A stretch of 63,898 bases of DNA, the filler included, from Cercozoa sp. M6MM (lineage: Eukaryota; Protista; Endomyxa: Ascetosporea): NCBI GenBank assembly GCA_040357565.1. It is 13 parts of 13 records of this genome, joined end to end, with 100 filler letters (N's around TTAATTAATTAA, not from the genome) between each part and the next. Parts side by side here need not be neighbours in the genome. Positions count along the whole stretch, not along the records: positions 13,456 to 16,776 come from JBDODJ010001502.1; positions 16,877 to 23,028 come from JBDODJ010000781.1; positions 23,129 to 26,429 come from JBDODJ010001516.1; 10 more parts are not named here. One strand, given 5' to 3'. Every line of letters begins with the position of its first letter. The first letter of the stretch is position 1. The notes beneath the pieces are model-generated. The model had not been told where the DNA came from and made no database searches. It saw only the letters and a list, made by a program, of their open reading frames with translations. The position numbers and the translations under genes are program-made. This document shows positions 13,356-25,135 of this stretch, one piece after another.

Positions 13356-13455
13356 NNNNNNNNNNNNNNNNNNNNNNNNNNNNNNNNNNNNNNNNNNNNT
13401 TAATTAATTAANNNNNNNNNNNNNNNNNNNNNNNNNNNNNNNNNNNNNNNNNNNN
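13356..13455. other. artificial contig linker (N44-TTAATTAATTAA-N44); also at 16777, 23029, 26430, 28585, 32175, 38059, 42842, 44154, 48949, 53504 and 60569
   Basis: An identical 100-bp six-frame-stop spacer occurs 12 times. Confidence 0.99.
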
Positions 13456-13469
13456 CCCCCCCCCTTTGT

Positions 13470-13788
13470 GTCAGAGGAAGCACGCGTGGACCCAACGACG
13501 AACGAGTCGGCGCAGGCGACGGCGTCGTTGACGGTGGCCTACCTGCCGGCACTCGGCGAGTAGGCTGCTTTTACCCCCCTCACCATCTTTACCCCCCTGA
13601 CCCCTTCCTCAGAATGTCCTACCTGAGACATCAAGGTCATGTGTCGGACGACGTGTTTCAGAAACTCATGGTTCATCTGTTTACTTCCCCCTATACCCCC
13701 CCTTACCCCCGCCCCAGGCCGTGGCAGTGGACGGCACGGCGCACGTGCAGAAAGCGATGCGCCAGGTGCTACGAAAACACTTTGACTA
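13470..13788 (+). CDS. exosome RNase PH-like subunit C-terminus (Mtr3/Rrp41-like), partial
   Basis: VDPTTNESAQATASLTVAYLPALGEMSYLRHQGHVSDDVFQKLMAVAVDGTAHVQKAMRQVL matches the RNase PH C-terminal domain pattern. Confidence 0.7.
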
Positions 13789-13953
13789 GCTTGTTCTTAG
13801 CCCCACTTGACTTGGCTCAACTACTGAAAAGCAGCTCATTTTATTCAAACGCTCTTAATTTCTATTTGTTTAGTAATTGTCCGCGGCTAGCTAAGTTGCC
13901 CGCAAAAAGGCATCTACTGTGTGCAGGCGTGGTAGTGCATCGAGTATACAACA

Positions 13954-14604
13954 ATGTCGGTCGAGCAGCGCACAGTGGTGCACACGTATGAGGAGTACCA
14001 GCAAGCACTCCAGTCGGCGCAGACTCCGCTCTTTGTTTACGTGATCGGAACGCGCGACCAGGACGGCGTACGCTGCCTTTCGCTGTCGAATGTTGTTTTG
14101 TATCACCAGTACTGCAGAACTCGTGGTGCCCGGACTGCGTCAAGGTCGATGAAGCTGTGCGTGCACAAGTCGGTATTTTCCCCAATGGAAAAACAGGGCA
14201 AAAACTGAAAGTTTGACTTGTGCAGCCCAGCGCAACGCCGTGCTGCTAGAAGCACAGGTTCCTCGTGAGGTACACTGTTCGATCTGCTGTGTGTTTTTCC
14301 ACTCCCTAACATGTATACAGGGCTATAAGAACTGTCCCGACAACGCCTACCGTGTCGACGGTAAACAAAGTTGTTTTTGTTTAGTTGATCAGTTTTTAAG
14401 TTTCTTCTGTTTTTTGCAGCCCAATTGAAGATCAACTCAGTGCCGACGCTGCTGCTGTTTGCCTCGCCGAGCGAGGTGCGAATTTCTTTCCTCACCTTTT
14501 TCTGATCATGTCCCGGTGTCATTGAAGGTTGTGGCTCGCGCTCAAGACGACGAGCTGCTCGACGAGGCCACCTACGCGCGCTTCGACGTTTCTGGCTCGG
14601 ATTA
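13954..14604 (+). CDS. TXNDC17: thioredoxin-domain protein 17 (TRP14)
   Basis: Six exons. GTRDQDG|NSWCPDC active site, and LKINSVPTLL cis-Pro motif. Confidence 0.9.
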
Positions 14605-14826
14605 AACTTCTATGCTATTTTGAGAATTCTAGAAAAATCCCTATAATTTCTAGAAAATTACTAGACCAAAACGAAGCGATTTTTGCCCATAAATTGACTT
14701 GCACCGAAACATCACGTCAGCCGAACTGCCTGACTGAACTCGCATCGGTTGAACTGAACTTTAATAGTTCGAGTTATGCAATTGCGATTAATTTAGCAAA
14801 AACTCAACTCAACTGGCAACATCGCC

Positions 14827-16740
14827 TTACTGCATGAGTTCGCGGAGCTTGGGCGTCTCAACAAATTCCTGGACAACGCCGGCCTGCCCAAAAACAAAAT
14901 ACAAAATTGGCCCACACGCTAAAGTGTGTGTACAGCAGCATTGGTGAGCAGCTCGTAAAGCTCCTGGTTCAGGCCGCTGATCTGGTTGATCGTGTCGCAC
15001 TAATAACAAAAAAAAAAACAGTCAGTCTGTCACTTCAGTTTGTCGGTCGGACAAATACAAAAAGGGAAAAAGTACAGCCTGGTGGTAGCACGGGTCCAGC
15101 TGAGCATTGGCAACGCCGCCGAAGCGCACGCGCTCCTCGTCAGTCTAATGAAAGCAAAATAAAACAAATTTGATAAGGGGGTGAGATAGGAGAAAAAAGC
15201 GTCTAAAAGATCTCGCATCTACCTTGAGCTCGGTGGCGCCCGAGGCAATGGCACCCACCGGCACGCCATGCTGCTGGAAGGCAAAGTAGTCGCTGCCGCC
15301 AGCTTGGCTCATCGGGATGATCTGCACACAGGAATGATAAATCCAAGGGCGCACATTCTAGCGTATAGTAAAGGGGAGTATAGTAAAGGGGAAGGTGTGA
15401 TACCTTGTAGTCGCCCTTGAGCTTCTTAAAGATGCCCTCGAGTGCCTCCTGGACCACCAGGTTGCCCTTGTGCGTGTCCGGGTTCGAGGCCGACTTGGCG
15501 TCGTAAATGCCCTGTCATCCAGGTTGGGGGTGACGGGTAAGGGAGCAAATGGGGGGGGGGGCAATACCGGGATCATGTTGGGCGAGGCCAGCATGTCAAA
15601 GTTGAGCGCCAGAACGACGTCGTCCGTGATGGCGCGGCCGTAGGTCTCCTCATAGTGACTGTGTGAAATAAAAGGGTAAGAGGGGTCAGAGAGAGGTAGG
15701 GGTAAAGGGGTAAGAGGGGGTAAGAGGTCCTACCGCACGTAGAAACGGCTGCCGAGCAGGCCGATTTCCTCGGCGGCCCACCAGCAGAAACGCTGCCCAA
15801 AGGAATTACAGAGATCATTTTAAGGGGATCAATTTTAGGGGGATCATTTGGGACCAGTGGGATCATCAGTGACCCCGGGTGACTCAGAGGGCTGACCCAG
15901 GGGGGGGGGGGTAGTAACTTTGGTACCACGGCCTGCTTGGCGTCGCGGATGTAGTCGCCGTCGATGAAGCGTTCCGCGATGGCCAAAAGCGCCGCCGTGC
16001 CGCTGCCGTTGTCCACAATGCCCGGACTGTCCACAGTGACCACCCATCATTGTGACCACCTCATAAAGTGACCACCCATACTGACCACCCACAAGTGACC
16101 ACCCACACTGACCACGTGGACAGAAGGTACCCCTCAGGCACGCCGTCGGCGTGAGCGCCGGCCAGAATGAATCCGTTGGCGCGCTGCTCCTCGTTGCCCT
16201 AGGGAAAGGAAGGGTAAAAGGGGGGGGTAAAGAGGGGTAAAGAGAGAAGTAAAGAGGGGTAAAGAGAGAAGTAAAGAGGGGTAAAGAGAGAAGTAAACAG
16301 GGGGGGGGGGGGGTAAACACACCAGCTCGACGCAGACGTTGTCGGTGTCCTTGCGCGTCGTGAACTGCTTGATCTGCCCAGTCAAAAATCACACATACCG
16401 TCTCTCAGTCTGTTTTCATGAACCATCCCAAACTGTCCCCCCAAACCGTCCCCCTCCAGTGGTGACACGTGTCAAAAGACTGTGCTACCTGAATCTGCAG
16501 TCGCGGCACGTCGTTCAGCGACGCCAGCTGCTGCACGATCGACTGGCGCACTGCACATGGTACCAAACACACACACGTACATACATACACGTGCCAACCC
16601 AGTCACTGGTCACCCAGTCACATGATCACCCAGTCACGTGATCACCCAGTCACGTGATCACTCAAGCCAAATAGTACCACGCAGACACACAATGGTCGGC
16701 ACGAAGTCGTTGCCCGTCGTGGCATCCCACTCGACGGCAC
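14827..16740 (-). CDS. M28 family zinc aminopeptidase (aminopeptidase Y/SGAP-like), 5'-truncated
   Basis: Motifs GAHADGV, GIVDNGSG, WWAAEEIGLLGSRFY, LNFDMLASPN, GGSDYFAF and DPCYHQA. Confidence 0.92.
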
Positions 16741-16876
16741 TATCGGGGTGAGGGGCAGGGGGTCATAAGGGGGGTANNNNNNNNNNNNNNNNNNNNNNNN
16801 NNNNNNNNNNNNNNNNNNNNTTAATTAATTAANNNNNNNNNNNNNNNNNNNNNNNNNNNNNNNNNNNNNNNNNNNN

Positions 16877-16912
<36 letters not shown>

Positions 16913-17093
16913 GGGGGGGGACCGAACTAGTACTGAATTCAAACTGAACATGCACTCCATGAATTGAAACTGACGAAAACGGAACTGAAATCAGCTAACC
17001 CCCGTCCGCCGGGCCTTCCGTTCAGCACTACTGTCGTGTACAATGTGATTACAAGTTGAAACGAGGCAAATCGCGTCGCCGTCGCTTTCATTT

Positions 17094-19093
17094 TCATTCA
17101 ACCCGAGGGCGTAAAATAAGACGCGACACCCACAAGTGCAACAAGAAGCATAGCGGCACCCCATGTGAATGGCGTCTGCTCAGATCAATGCAGCACATAC
17201 TCAAAAGCACTGCGTTCGGAAGTGTGCTCGGTCTATCTGTAGGAAAGACACGGAATACCAAAAGGACAAGGTCTCCAGTCGCATCGCCAGGTTTCTCGAA
17301 TTGCATCAAGATGAGCGACAACGGAATCGGAAAGCTCCCGGCAGCAAAGGCGCCCAAAGCAAACTGCTTCATCAGCAGCTTGGGGAACAGCGCCGGGACC
17401 TTCCACATCGCGAAGACCGAACCCAGGAAGGTTGCGGATCCCGCAAGCTTCAGCAAGGCCGAGCTCTGTCAGAACGCACAAGAAGCATCAGGTTGCTCGA
17501 AATCTTTGTTCTGCAAACCCTACCCGCTCTTGGACGCCGAACAAGAAGGCCGTGGCTCCCATCGACAAAGCATAGCAGCCCGCACCCAACAAAAACGATT
17601 GCATTCGACTTGGAAAACTTGTGCTTCCCCTCGCAGATGCTAAGACGCTTTAACACACTACAACAAACTCAAAAGCGCCGCTGCACACGCTGATACCGCG
17701 TTAAATCGCGAAAAGCACCGGCAGATAGTTGAGCTGTTGCAAGATCGAATCTGCGAACGCTGGCAGAAGCAGGAAGGAAAACTACCTACTGGACCTAAGG
17801 AACGGACAAACTAATAAAAAAGCGAGTGCGCACGCAGCGTATACTCGGGCAGGTTGACGATCTGCTCGGTGGCGGGAACGTTGTCAGTAGCGTTGACCTC
17901 TTGTTGTTCGGCGGGCTGCTTGCGCAGCGTGGCCGTATGCTCGAGCCAGAGCTGCAGCTGCGAGGTCGTGAGCGACTCCTCGCTTTCGAGCATGAGTTGG
18001 CAGGCGTGGGAACAGACACAGCGCAAGACGCGGTCGTAGTCGTGGTCAGCAATGTCGGCACTGTCGTCAACGAAATCGACAACGCCATGATGCAGCAGAG
18101 CAGCCACCACCTTGTCGTTGACGGCCACTGGTGCCTTGTCTGCTTGCTCCTCCTGATGTGTCGTCACTTCACGTGCCAACAGCAAGGCTTTGGCACACAG
18201 CCAGGTCTCGGTGTTGCTCTCGTCGTCCACATACACGTCAGCGAACAGTTTCGGAAAGTAGCGCACTGCCATCAACACCAGCAGAAACAAATGAATGGGC
18301 AAAAGATTAAAGGGTAAGAGGCAGGTGAAAGAACGGTGTAAAGAGTGAAAGGACAAGTGTAAAGAGTGAAAGGACAAGTGTAAAGAGTGAAAGGACACGT
18401 GGATAGAGTGAAAGGACAAGTGTAAAGAGTGAAAGCAAGTGTAGAGAGTGAGAGCACAAGTACAACGCACTTAAACGATGCACGAGTTGTTGCACACTGT
18501 TGTTCTGCACGAAAGCAGCGAAACTTGGCAGTTCGAGTGCGCGAAGTTGCGACGCAGCGTACAGAATGGCCAAGTGAATCTCACGCGCCAATGGCTCCAG
18601 TGCCGACTTCTCGCTCAAGGTGACAGCACCGCGCATCTCCTCCAGCGCTCGTTCCACCTGCAGCGGCAGTGCAAACAACTCCGACACCTCCGTCAGTGTC
18701 GTTTGCGACATTGTATCGGCCGTTACGGCGCCTTGTTTCGTCATCACAAAGCCCAGAATACCTAGAACACATGTTTACTAGATTCAAAAAAGCTTGATTG
18801 TAATAATACACACCTGCTGTCAAGGTAAAATCGAGTCCGCGATCACGAGTGACTGCATCACCCTCCTCGAGAAGCTTCCGGCGCCACGCACTCCCAAATT
18901 GCAGCAAATATTGCAGAAACTTGACCTGCAAGGTGCGTGAAGAACTCGCACGACACAACCAAAAGAGACACACGAGAAACGCTACATTGCACGTCTCCTC
19001 CTCGGACAGACGAAGCGGCAACTCTGCACGAGGCGGTGTTTCGGCCAGTGCAGCAACTGCCAAGGTCTTTAGCGTCTCTTGGTTGACGCGAAA
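17094..19093 (-). CDS. hypothetical protein(s): helical N-part plus a hydrophobic membrane segment (one or two genes)
   Basis: Exons MFRVNQETLKTLAV..., MTKQGAVTADTMSQTTL..., VRYFPKLFADVYVDDES..., and hydrophobic LKLAGSATFLGSVFAMWKVPALFPKLLMKQFALGAF. Confidence 0.45.
18336..18450. repeat. intronic 21-bp minisatellite (GTGTAAAGAGTGAAAGGACAA)n
   Basis: About five near-identical tandem copies. Confidence 0.9.
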
Positions 19094-19338
19094 CATCGAC
19101 TGCGATTCGAACACTGCACAACACGCCCATTTTCCTTTTATGATTGTTTTTGAAGAAGATTTGGACCATTCTTGCAAGAGTTGACTATTTTGACAAACAC
19201 GTCGGCGTAGTCCGCCATTTTTAGGCACTCCACGGCTTGGACCTCTCTAAATTTGCTTTTCTGGGCGCACTCTCATCATGCCCCGTTAACAAATGTCGAC
19301 TTTTGCAGAGTGTTGTTGTGCAGTGCTGCGCACAGCTG

Positions 19339-20356
19339 TGTTACTACCGAGGTGTGGCAATGATGTTACGTAGCTTCGTCAATCATCGTGTGAGGTACAG
19401 TTTTTTTTTGCGCACAAGCTCTACCAATGTTGTTTCTTTCTTTGTTTATAGGAGGTGTTTCTCCACCACGCTCGTTGAAAAGTTCCGCGCTGAAGTGCTA
19501 CCTTCATTTAATGCGCTTCCTGCCGCCCAGAGACCGGCCGCATGTCTTGTAACTTACCTACGGTGTAGCAAGTTTGTGTTTATGAACCTTGGGTGTTAGG
19601 ACGAAGATGACGAGTCAGCGCTGCTGCTGTTTGCAAGCTTCATCAAAGACAATGACTCAGCTTCGCTAAAGGCAAACCTTGGTCCGGGCCACCACATGCT
19701 GGCACTGCGATTTGATTCGCCTGATGAGTACGCCCACAGTTTCGCTTCTTTTTGTTTTTCCCCCCGACACGTGATATCGGCTATTTTGATATCACAGACA
19801 CTCCGAGGAAGATTCAGTCGAAAATCGACCGTTTTCGGTAACATGGCTCTGGAGAGGTAAGTCTCGCGTTCGAATATTTTGCAAAATGGTCCCGATGAAC
19901 ACCAAATGTCAACTTAGGAGGTTTGCAAAATTGCGATGGTGCCGAAAAGTTCTTCTCGACGCGGGAAATCCTTGATTTCGCGAATGACCCGCGTCATCAA
20001 GCTTTGGTACGCTTCTATTTTTTAGTTCGCAGACTGGGAACAACTCCGCTTCTTTTGATATACTCTCCCGTTTCTTACCCCCCAAATCCTTTACCAAATA
20101 CAGGTCCGACTGTGGCGTGCCGAGTGGTTTTTCGACGCAGTTCAACAAGCAGCGGAAAGCGCAGATGCGTCGCTGTCACAGAGCGAGTTGTGGCAGGTCT
20201 GGCTGCAGCACAGTGGCAAGAAACCTCTCGCCGACTCGCCATCTGAGGAAGGTACTTTCATCCTGTTCTCATTCGCTCCATGAAACTTCTGTCTATGGCC
20301 GCGCAGAAGTGCAAGAAAGCGTCATTGAACTTCTGAGGGAGAACGGCTTGGAGTGA
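19339..20356 (+). CDS. hypothetical protein with mitochondrial-type presequence
   Basis: MMLRSFVNHRV|RRCFSTTL N-terminus (Arg/Ser-rich, RxF-S cleavage-like). Seven to eight short exons ending ...IELLRENGLE*. Confidence 0.5.
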
Positions 20357-21062
20357 TCCAGTGTGAACCGTACACACAAGCAACTCGGCTTGCTAAACTC
20401 TCGATCTGAGTCTGGAAGTTCTCACCGTACCATGCTGTTACCACAGCCTTTAGTAATTCGGGCTTTAGCCGGAGTACGGGACGGCACAGCGCTTTGTACA
20501 ACGCCAGTGCGCGGAGTTTGCGTGGTCACCACCGCACTCAACTGTTCAGTTGTTCCCTGACTTGCGAGTCACGTTGGGGGGACTCGAAACGGGCACGCAG
20601 TGCAAACCTCCAATATCGTATCTCTGCAAAGATCGAATGAATGCTGCACATGTCTTGAAGAACTCGTCGGTACAATTGTAGGGGAGCAGGAGTGGGTCAG
20701 AGCTTTGCTCAACCTCAAAATGATCTCTCACTGGGAGATCGAGATAAGGGCGAAAATAAAAAAGGCCAAACGCCTCGTGTGTGCCACAGCCTTAGCCTGC
20801 GTGCAGCAGTATTGTGCAGTTAGCACGCGTCTTTCAGGGACCAGGCCTTGGCGATTGAAACGCTCAAGGGCGTGCGGTCATCTGGTACAGTACGGCGCCA
20901 GCGCACAGTGTGCTGTGGGTGACGCCCTCTCGGCTTACACACCGCACACGTGGGTTTTCGTGCACATTTAACCCGTTGGGAGACCTAAGTGCGTGTTTTG
21001 ATTGTTGGGGTCAAGTGCATTTGTCCTGATTTGTTTGTGTGATTCAGACTTGTTGCGGCAAG

Positions 21063-21702
21063 ATGGCGATGGAAATCATCCAGGAGTTCGCCGAGAACCA
21101 AAGCTATCTGCACGCGCTGACGACGCTAAAATTCCAGCCGATCGTCGTGCAGATTGAAGAGCAGCCGGCGGACTCTGAAGATGGCGATTGTACCTTGCGT
21201 GTTATGGGTTGTCAGAGTGTGTCTTGGGAAACGGGTGTTTGCAGTGGAGTCAGAGGAGGCCATAATGTCGCATCCACTGGCACGACTGTGTTTTCGATAC
21301 CATCTGAGTCAGCGCGGCGCGTTCCATTTGCTGCTGTTTCTCGACATGGTGCGCGAGTACCGCGAGACGGCGCTCAGTCAGTTCAAGCTCCGACTGGCCA
21401 AGAAGATCCTGTCAAAGTTCTTGAGCAAGAAGGCGCGCATGCACGTACCAGTAACAGCAGAGACGGCCGATGCCACCGTGTTGGAGGTTGAACAGTTGGA
21501 GGAGGTGCTTTCATTTATTTTTCATTCCAATGTTGCACATGCACTTGTGTGGTAATTGTGCCGATGTTTTATAGGTCGTGAAGACGCTGCATCAACGACA
21601 TCGCAGCAGCTTTGTCACACTTAATCCAGCCGAGATCGACGCAGCAATGTCGATCGTGTGTGGCGATGTACCAAAGAGATCTATCGCACGTCCTTTTATT
21701 AT

Positions 21703-21739
<37 letters not shown>

Positions 21740-22970
21740 CAGGAAGATGCCAAGGAGGTTCAGGAGAAAGAGTCGTCGCACGAACCAGAAGAGGCGGAAG
21801 ATGCGCACACTCCCGAGGATGTCAAGGAGCAAGAGCTCATCGAATCTACCGAGTGCACCGAGCCTGCTGAGCCGATCGAACCGACTGAGCCGATCGAAGA
21901 AACGACTGAGCCGATCGAAGCACCGACTGAGCCGATCGAAGCACCGACTAAGCCGATCGAAGCACCGACTGAGCCGATCGAAGAAACGACTGAGATCGAA
22001 CAAGCAAACCATATCGATGACGAAGAGGAGGACGAAAAGCACAATGATGAGGCCGACGAGGACGAGGTGAAAGAGGACTTCGAAAGCGACGCAGGCGAGC
22101 GCACTGAGTTTCGTCATATTATTTGCCAGCCTCGCAACAGTGAGCCGCTGCTCCGTCCGTTTGGTACCTTCAAAAACAAGGTTTTCTTGTCTTCCTGATA
22201 CTTTGGTTTTCAAAAAATTCAGACAAAATCTTCGAGGCCGCTCAAAGTCAAGTGGAAAAGCACCTGATGGAAGAGCACTTCGTCCCGTTCCTGCACTCGC
22301 CGCTGCATACACGATTGCAAGCACTGCGTCGCAAGCAAACCATGTTCGTTGGCAGGGTAGCTCTTTTTCTTTTTTTGTTTGTGTACTGCACGTGCAACTT
22401 CTATGTTTTCATGCACAGGAAGACTTTGATTTCATTCGAGTTCTCGGCAAAGGCGGCTTCGGCAAAGTGTACGGTGTGTCGAAGCGTGATACGAAAGCTG
22501 TCTACGCCTGCAAGGTGCGTTTGGGTTGTTCTTTGGTGTGAGACTTGCTGACGACCGTATGTGCAGGTGATGGACAAGCAACTCGTCTTGGAGAAGAAGC
22601 GCGAGGCGTTGATTCTCAACGAGCGACGGATCCTTGCGATGTGCAAGCACCCTTACGTTGTTGGACTCAAGTTCGCTTTCCAGGTTGCCTTTTCTAGCAG
22701 TCAGTTTTCAATTCTTTTCGCGTGATTTCACGAGTTTTTCTTGTTGTGCAGGATGAAAGGAAACTGTACTTTGTGATGGACATTCTGACTGGCGGCGACT
22801 TGCAGTTCCAGCTTCAGGTAGGCGCGTTTTTGCTTTGGTGTAGCGTGATACAGTTTCACACGTTTGCTTTGTGTGTCGGCACAACAGAGATTCCGTCGCT
22901 TTTCTCTTTCGATGGTGCGCTTCTACGCGGCGGGTATCTTCCTTGCCGTGGAGTACCTGCACAGCAAGCG
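21063..22970 (+). CDS. GRK: G protein-coupled receptor kinase-like (RGS-homology domain + AGC kinase), 3'-truncated
   Basis: N-helix MEIIQEFAENQSYLHAL. RH domain HPLARLCFRYHL...FLDMVREY...KKILSKFL and IFEAAQVKVEKHLMEEHFVPFLHSPLHTR. Kinase RVLGKGGFGKV...VYACK...LNERRIL...GGDLQFQL...RFYAAGIFLAVEYLH. Confidence 0.88.
21865..22000 (+). repeat. coding 21-bp tandem repeat (TEPIEAP/TEPIEET) inside the GRK RH domain
   Basis: Repeated CCGATCGAAGCACCGACTGAG units. Confidence 0.9.
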
Positions 22971-22979
22971 TATCCTGCC

Positions 22980-23028
<49 letters not shown>

Positions 23029-23134
23029 NNNNNNNNNNNNNNNNNNNNNNNNNNNNNNNNNNNNNNNNNNNNTTAATTAATTAANNNNNNNNNNNNNNNN
23101 NNNNNNNNNNNNNNNNNNNNNNNNNNNNTAAACA

Positions 23135-23661
23135 CTACCAGCACTTCTGCACGCCGCAGTGGATCTCGCGCTGCGGCGTCACGGTCAGATCGGTCGCGAT
23201 CCTGTAGACTCGAATACTGCCTGCGCACACAGTGATTGTCGCGTATTGCCTGCATCCGCGCGGACACGGGTCAGCGTACCGGCGACACTGCTGACCGCCA
23301 CGATAAGCGCCGACTCGTCGTCCGTGACGCGCGCATCGACGTCCACGAGGCCTACCAAAACACACTCCAAAATTGGGGGGGCCCCCCCCCCCCCCCCAGA
23401 CGTCAAAAAACTTTGCCGTACCAACAGTGGATTCCAGAGTCACTCGTTCCTCCAGTTTTCGCTCCTTCGTGTCCACCTACACATCAGAGCAGGACTCAGA
23501 CCCTGCGAGTCTGTGTCTTTCTGTGGGCACCGTACCACGTGCAGCACAGCATTGCGATCGACGCTGCCGCTCAGTAGCAGACTCTTCTGGTCAAACGACA
23601 GCCACCTGAGCGACCAAGCCTCACCTCGGTGAGCGGTGCGCTCGGCTACTGTCGAGTACAT
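23135..23661 (-). CDS. WDR61: WD40 protein WDR61/Ski8-like, 3'-truncated
   Basis: AHRGEAWSLRW...LLSGSVD and GLVDVD...VAVSSVA|GSIRVYRI...IHCGVQKCW parallel the WDR61 motifs AHDDAIWSVAW, TGSLD and GVVSVD..SSSLDAHIRLW..AGPVDAW. Confidence 0.7.
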
Positions 23662-23996
23662 GCCGTTTTGTCCTATCAAAATATCAAAACAATAATATCT
23701 CCCTTCACGGCTAGCCTTCACTTTCATTACCCTAAGTTACTGCCAAACCGCCTGTGGGCACATCTCTGGTGCCCTTGGGCGCCATACGGAGCGCTGGTAC
23801 TCCCGTTTTATATTATTTCCCGATCAACGTGACGGTCCACTCACCGTTGTCAGTTGTGGGTGCTCAGCCGTCGTTTAGCCTTCAGCGCGCTGTGTAGTAC
23901 GGGTTGGGCGACCTGTAGGGATTGATCAGGCTTGCAAGTGCTGTGAGTATTCCAACTGGGACCCTTGTTGGTGGCCACTGGCACTGCCCGCCGATC

Positions 23997-25091
23997 ATGT
24001 CCACAGTGAACGCGCTGCTGGATGCGCTGTCGCAACCTCACTACGAGTCTGTGCTGCTCGTGGGACCGCTGCCTAGCGGTGAGTGGGCCGTGCTTTTGTG
24101 TTTGCATTTTGGGTTTCAGTTTTCGGGATCATCCCGCCGGTGTGCGTGCAGACAGCGAAGCCTTCTGCAGGTCGTATCTGGCGATTGAGCAGCACGTGCG
24201 CAAGATATTTAGTCAGGATGCGCTGCTGTCGGTTCGGGTGCGCGTTTCCTTTTTCGCATTTTGTCAGTTGCGAAAATGCGTGTTTGTGTATTTGCAGACT
24301 GTGGATGCCAGACGGCGTGGCACCCAAGAGGTGGTTCACTACGTACAGCTGTTCTTTGCAGACTCGCCTTTCGGGCGTGCTGCGCACAATTGTCTGCAGG
24401 TGCGTTGTTTATCCAACATTCCATTCGTTCAAAAGTGCATGGTTGGCATCAACTCGAGCAGGCCACGGGCAAGCTCGAGTGCAGTGAGGGCCTCATTTTC
24501 CCGCTGCAAAGCACTGTGATCTCAAACCAGAAGCCTCCAGACAAGGAGCACAGACCTGAGTCGACTAATGAGGACGGCTCCTTGCAGCGGCAGGAGTTGG
24601 TGCCGCCTGCCTCTCAGTCGCGCTCGCCACAAGGCAATACTAACGTGAGCAACACTGCCAGCAACCTGAACAACAACGCCAACGGCTTGAACAACAGTGA
24701 TGCTTGTCTTGTGGTATTTCGTGTTTTTTGTATTTTTGCTTTCCGGAACTAAAAAAAACTGACTTGACAGAAAACAACTTAACTGTAGGAGCAGCGAGAG
24801 GAGGCTTCCTGCAGCAGCAGGAGTCAGCTCGAGCACAAGAGTCAAGTCGATGATCATGTGGGGTCGAGTCAGCACCGGCAACATACTGCCAGTCAGCACA
24901 GTGTCAGTCAGCACACTGTGAGTCAGCAGCAACACACTGCCAGTCAGCACACTGTCGGCCAGCGGCAACTGCAACGACAACAGTCGCGCACCGAGAGTGC
25001 AAGCACCGACAGCACTGCCGGCCAAGGCAAGAAACGCGTGCCGCCGGCTCGCAAGCGACCGCGTCGCATGCTCAATGGCCGGTATATAACT

Positions 25092-25135
<44 letters not shown>

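Noticed and set aside
13400-13411. TTAATTAATTAA motif repeated 12 times between N runs
   Set aside because: Artificial six-frame-stop contig spacer, not biological.
18336-18450. Regular repeats as a possible CRISPR array
   Set aside because: Head-to-tail units without unique spacers, inside a eukaryotic intron.
3948-22970. Apparent clustering of G-alpha and GRK
   Set aside because: They are on different contigs separated by artificial linkers, so physical linkage is unsupported.
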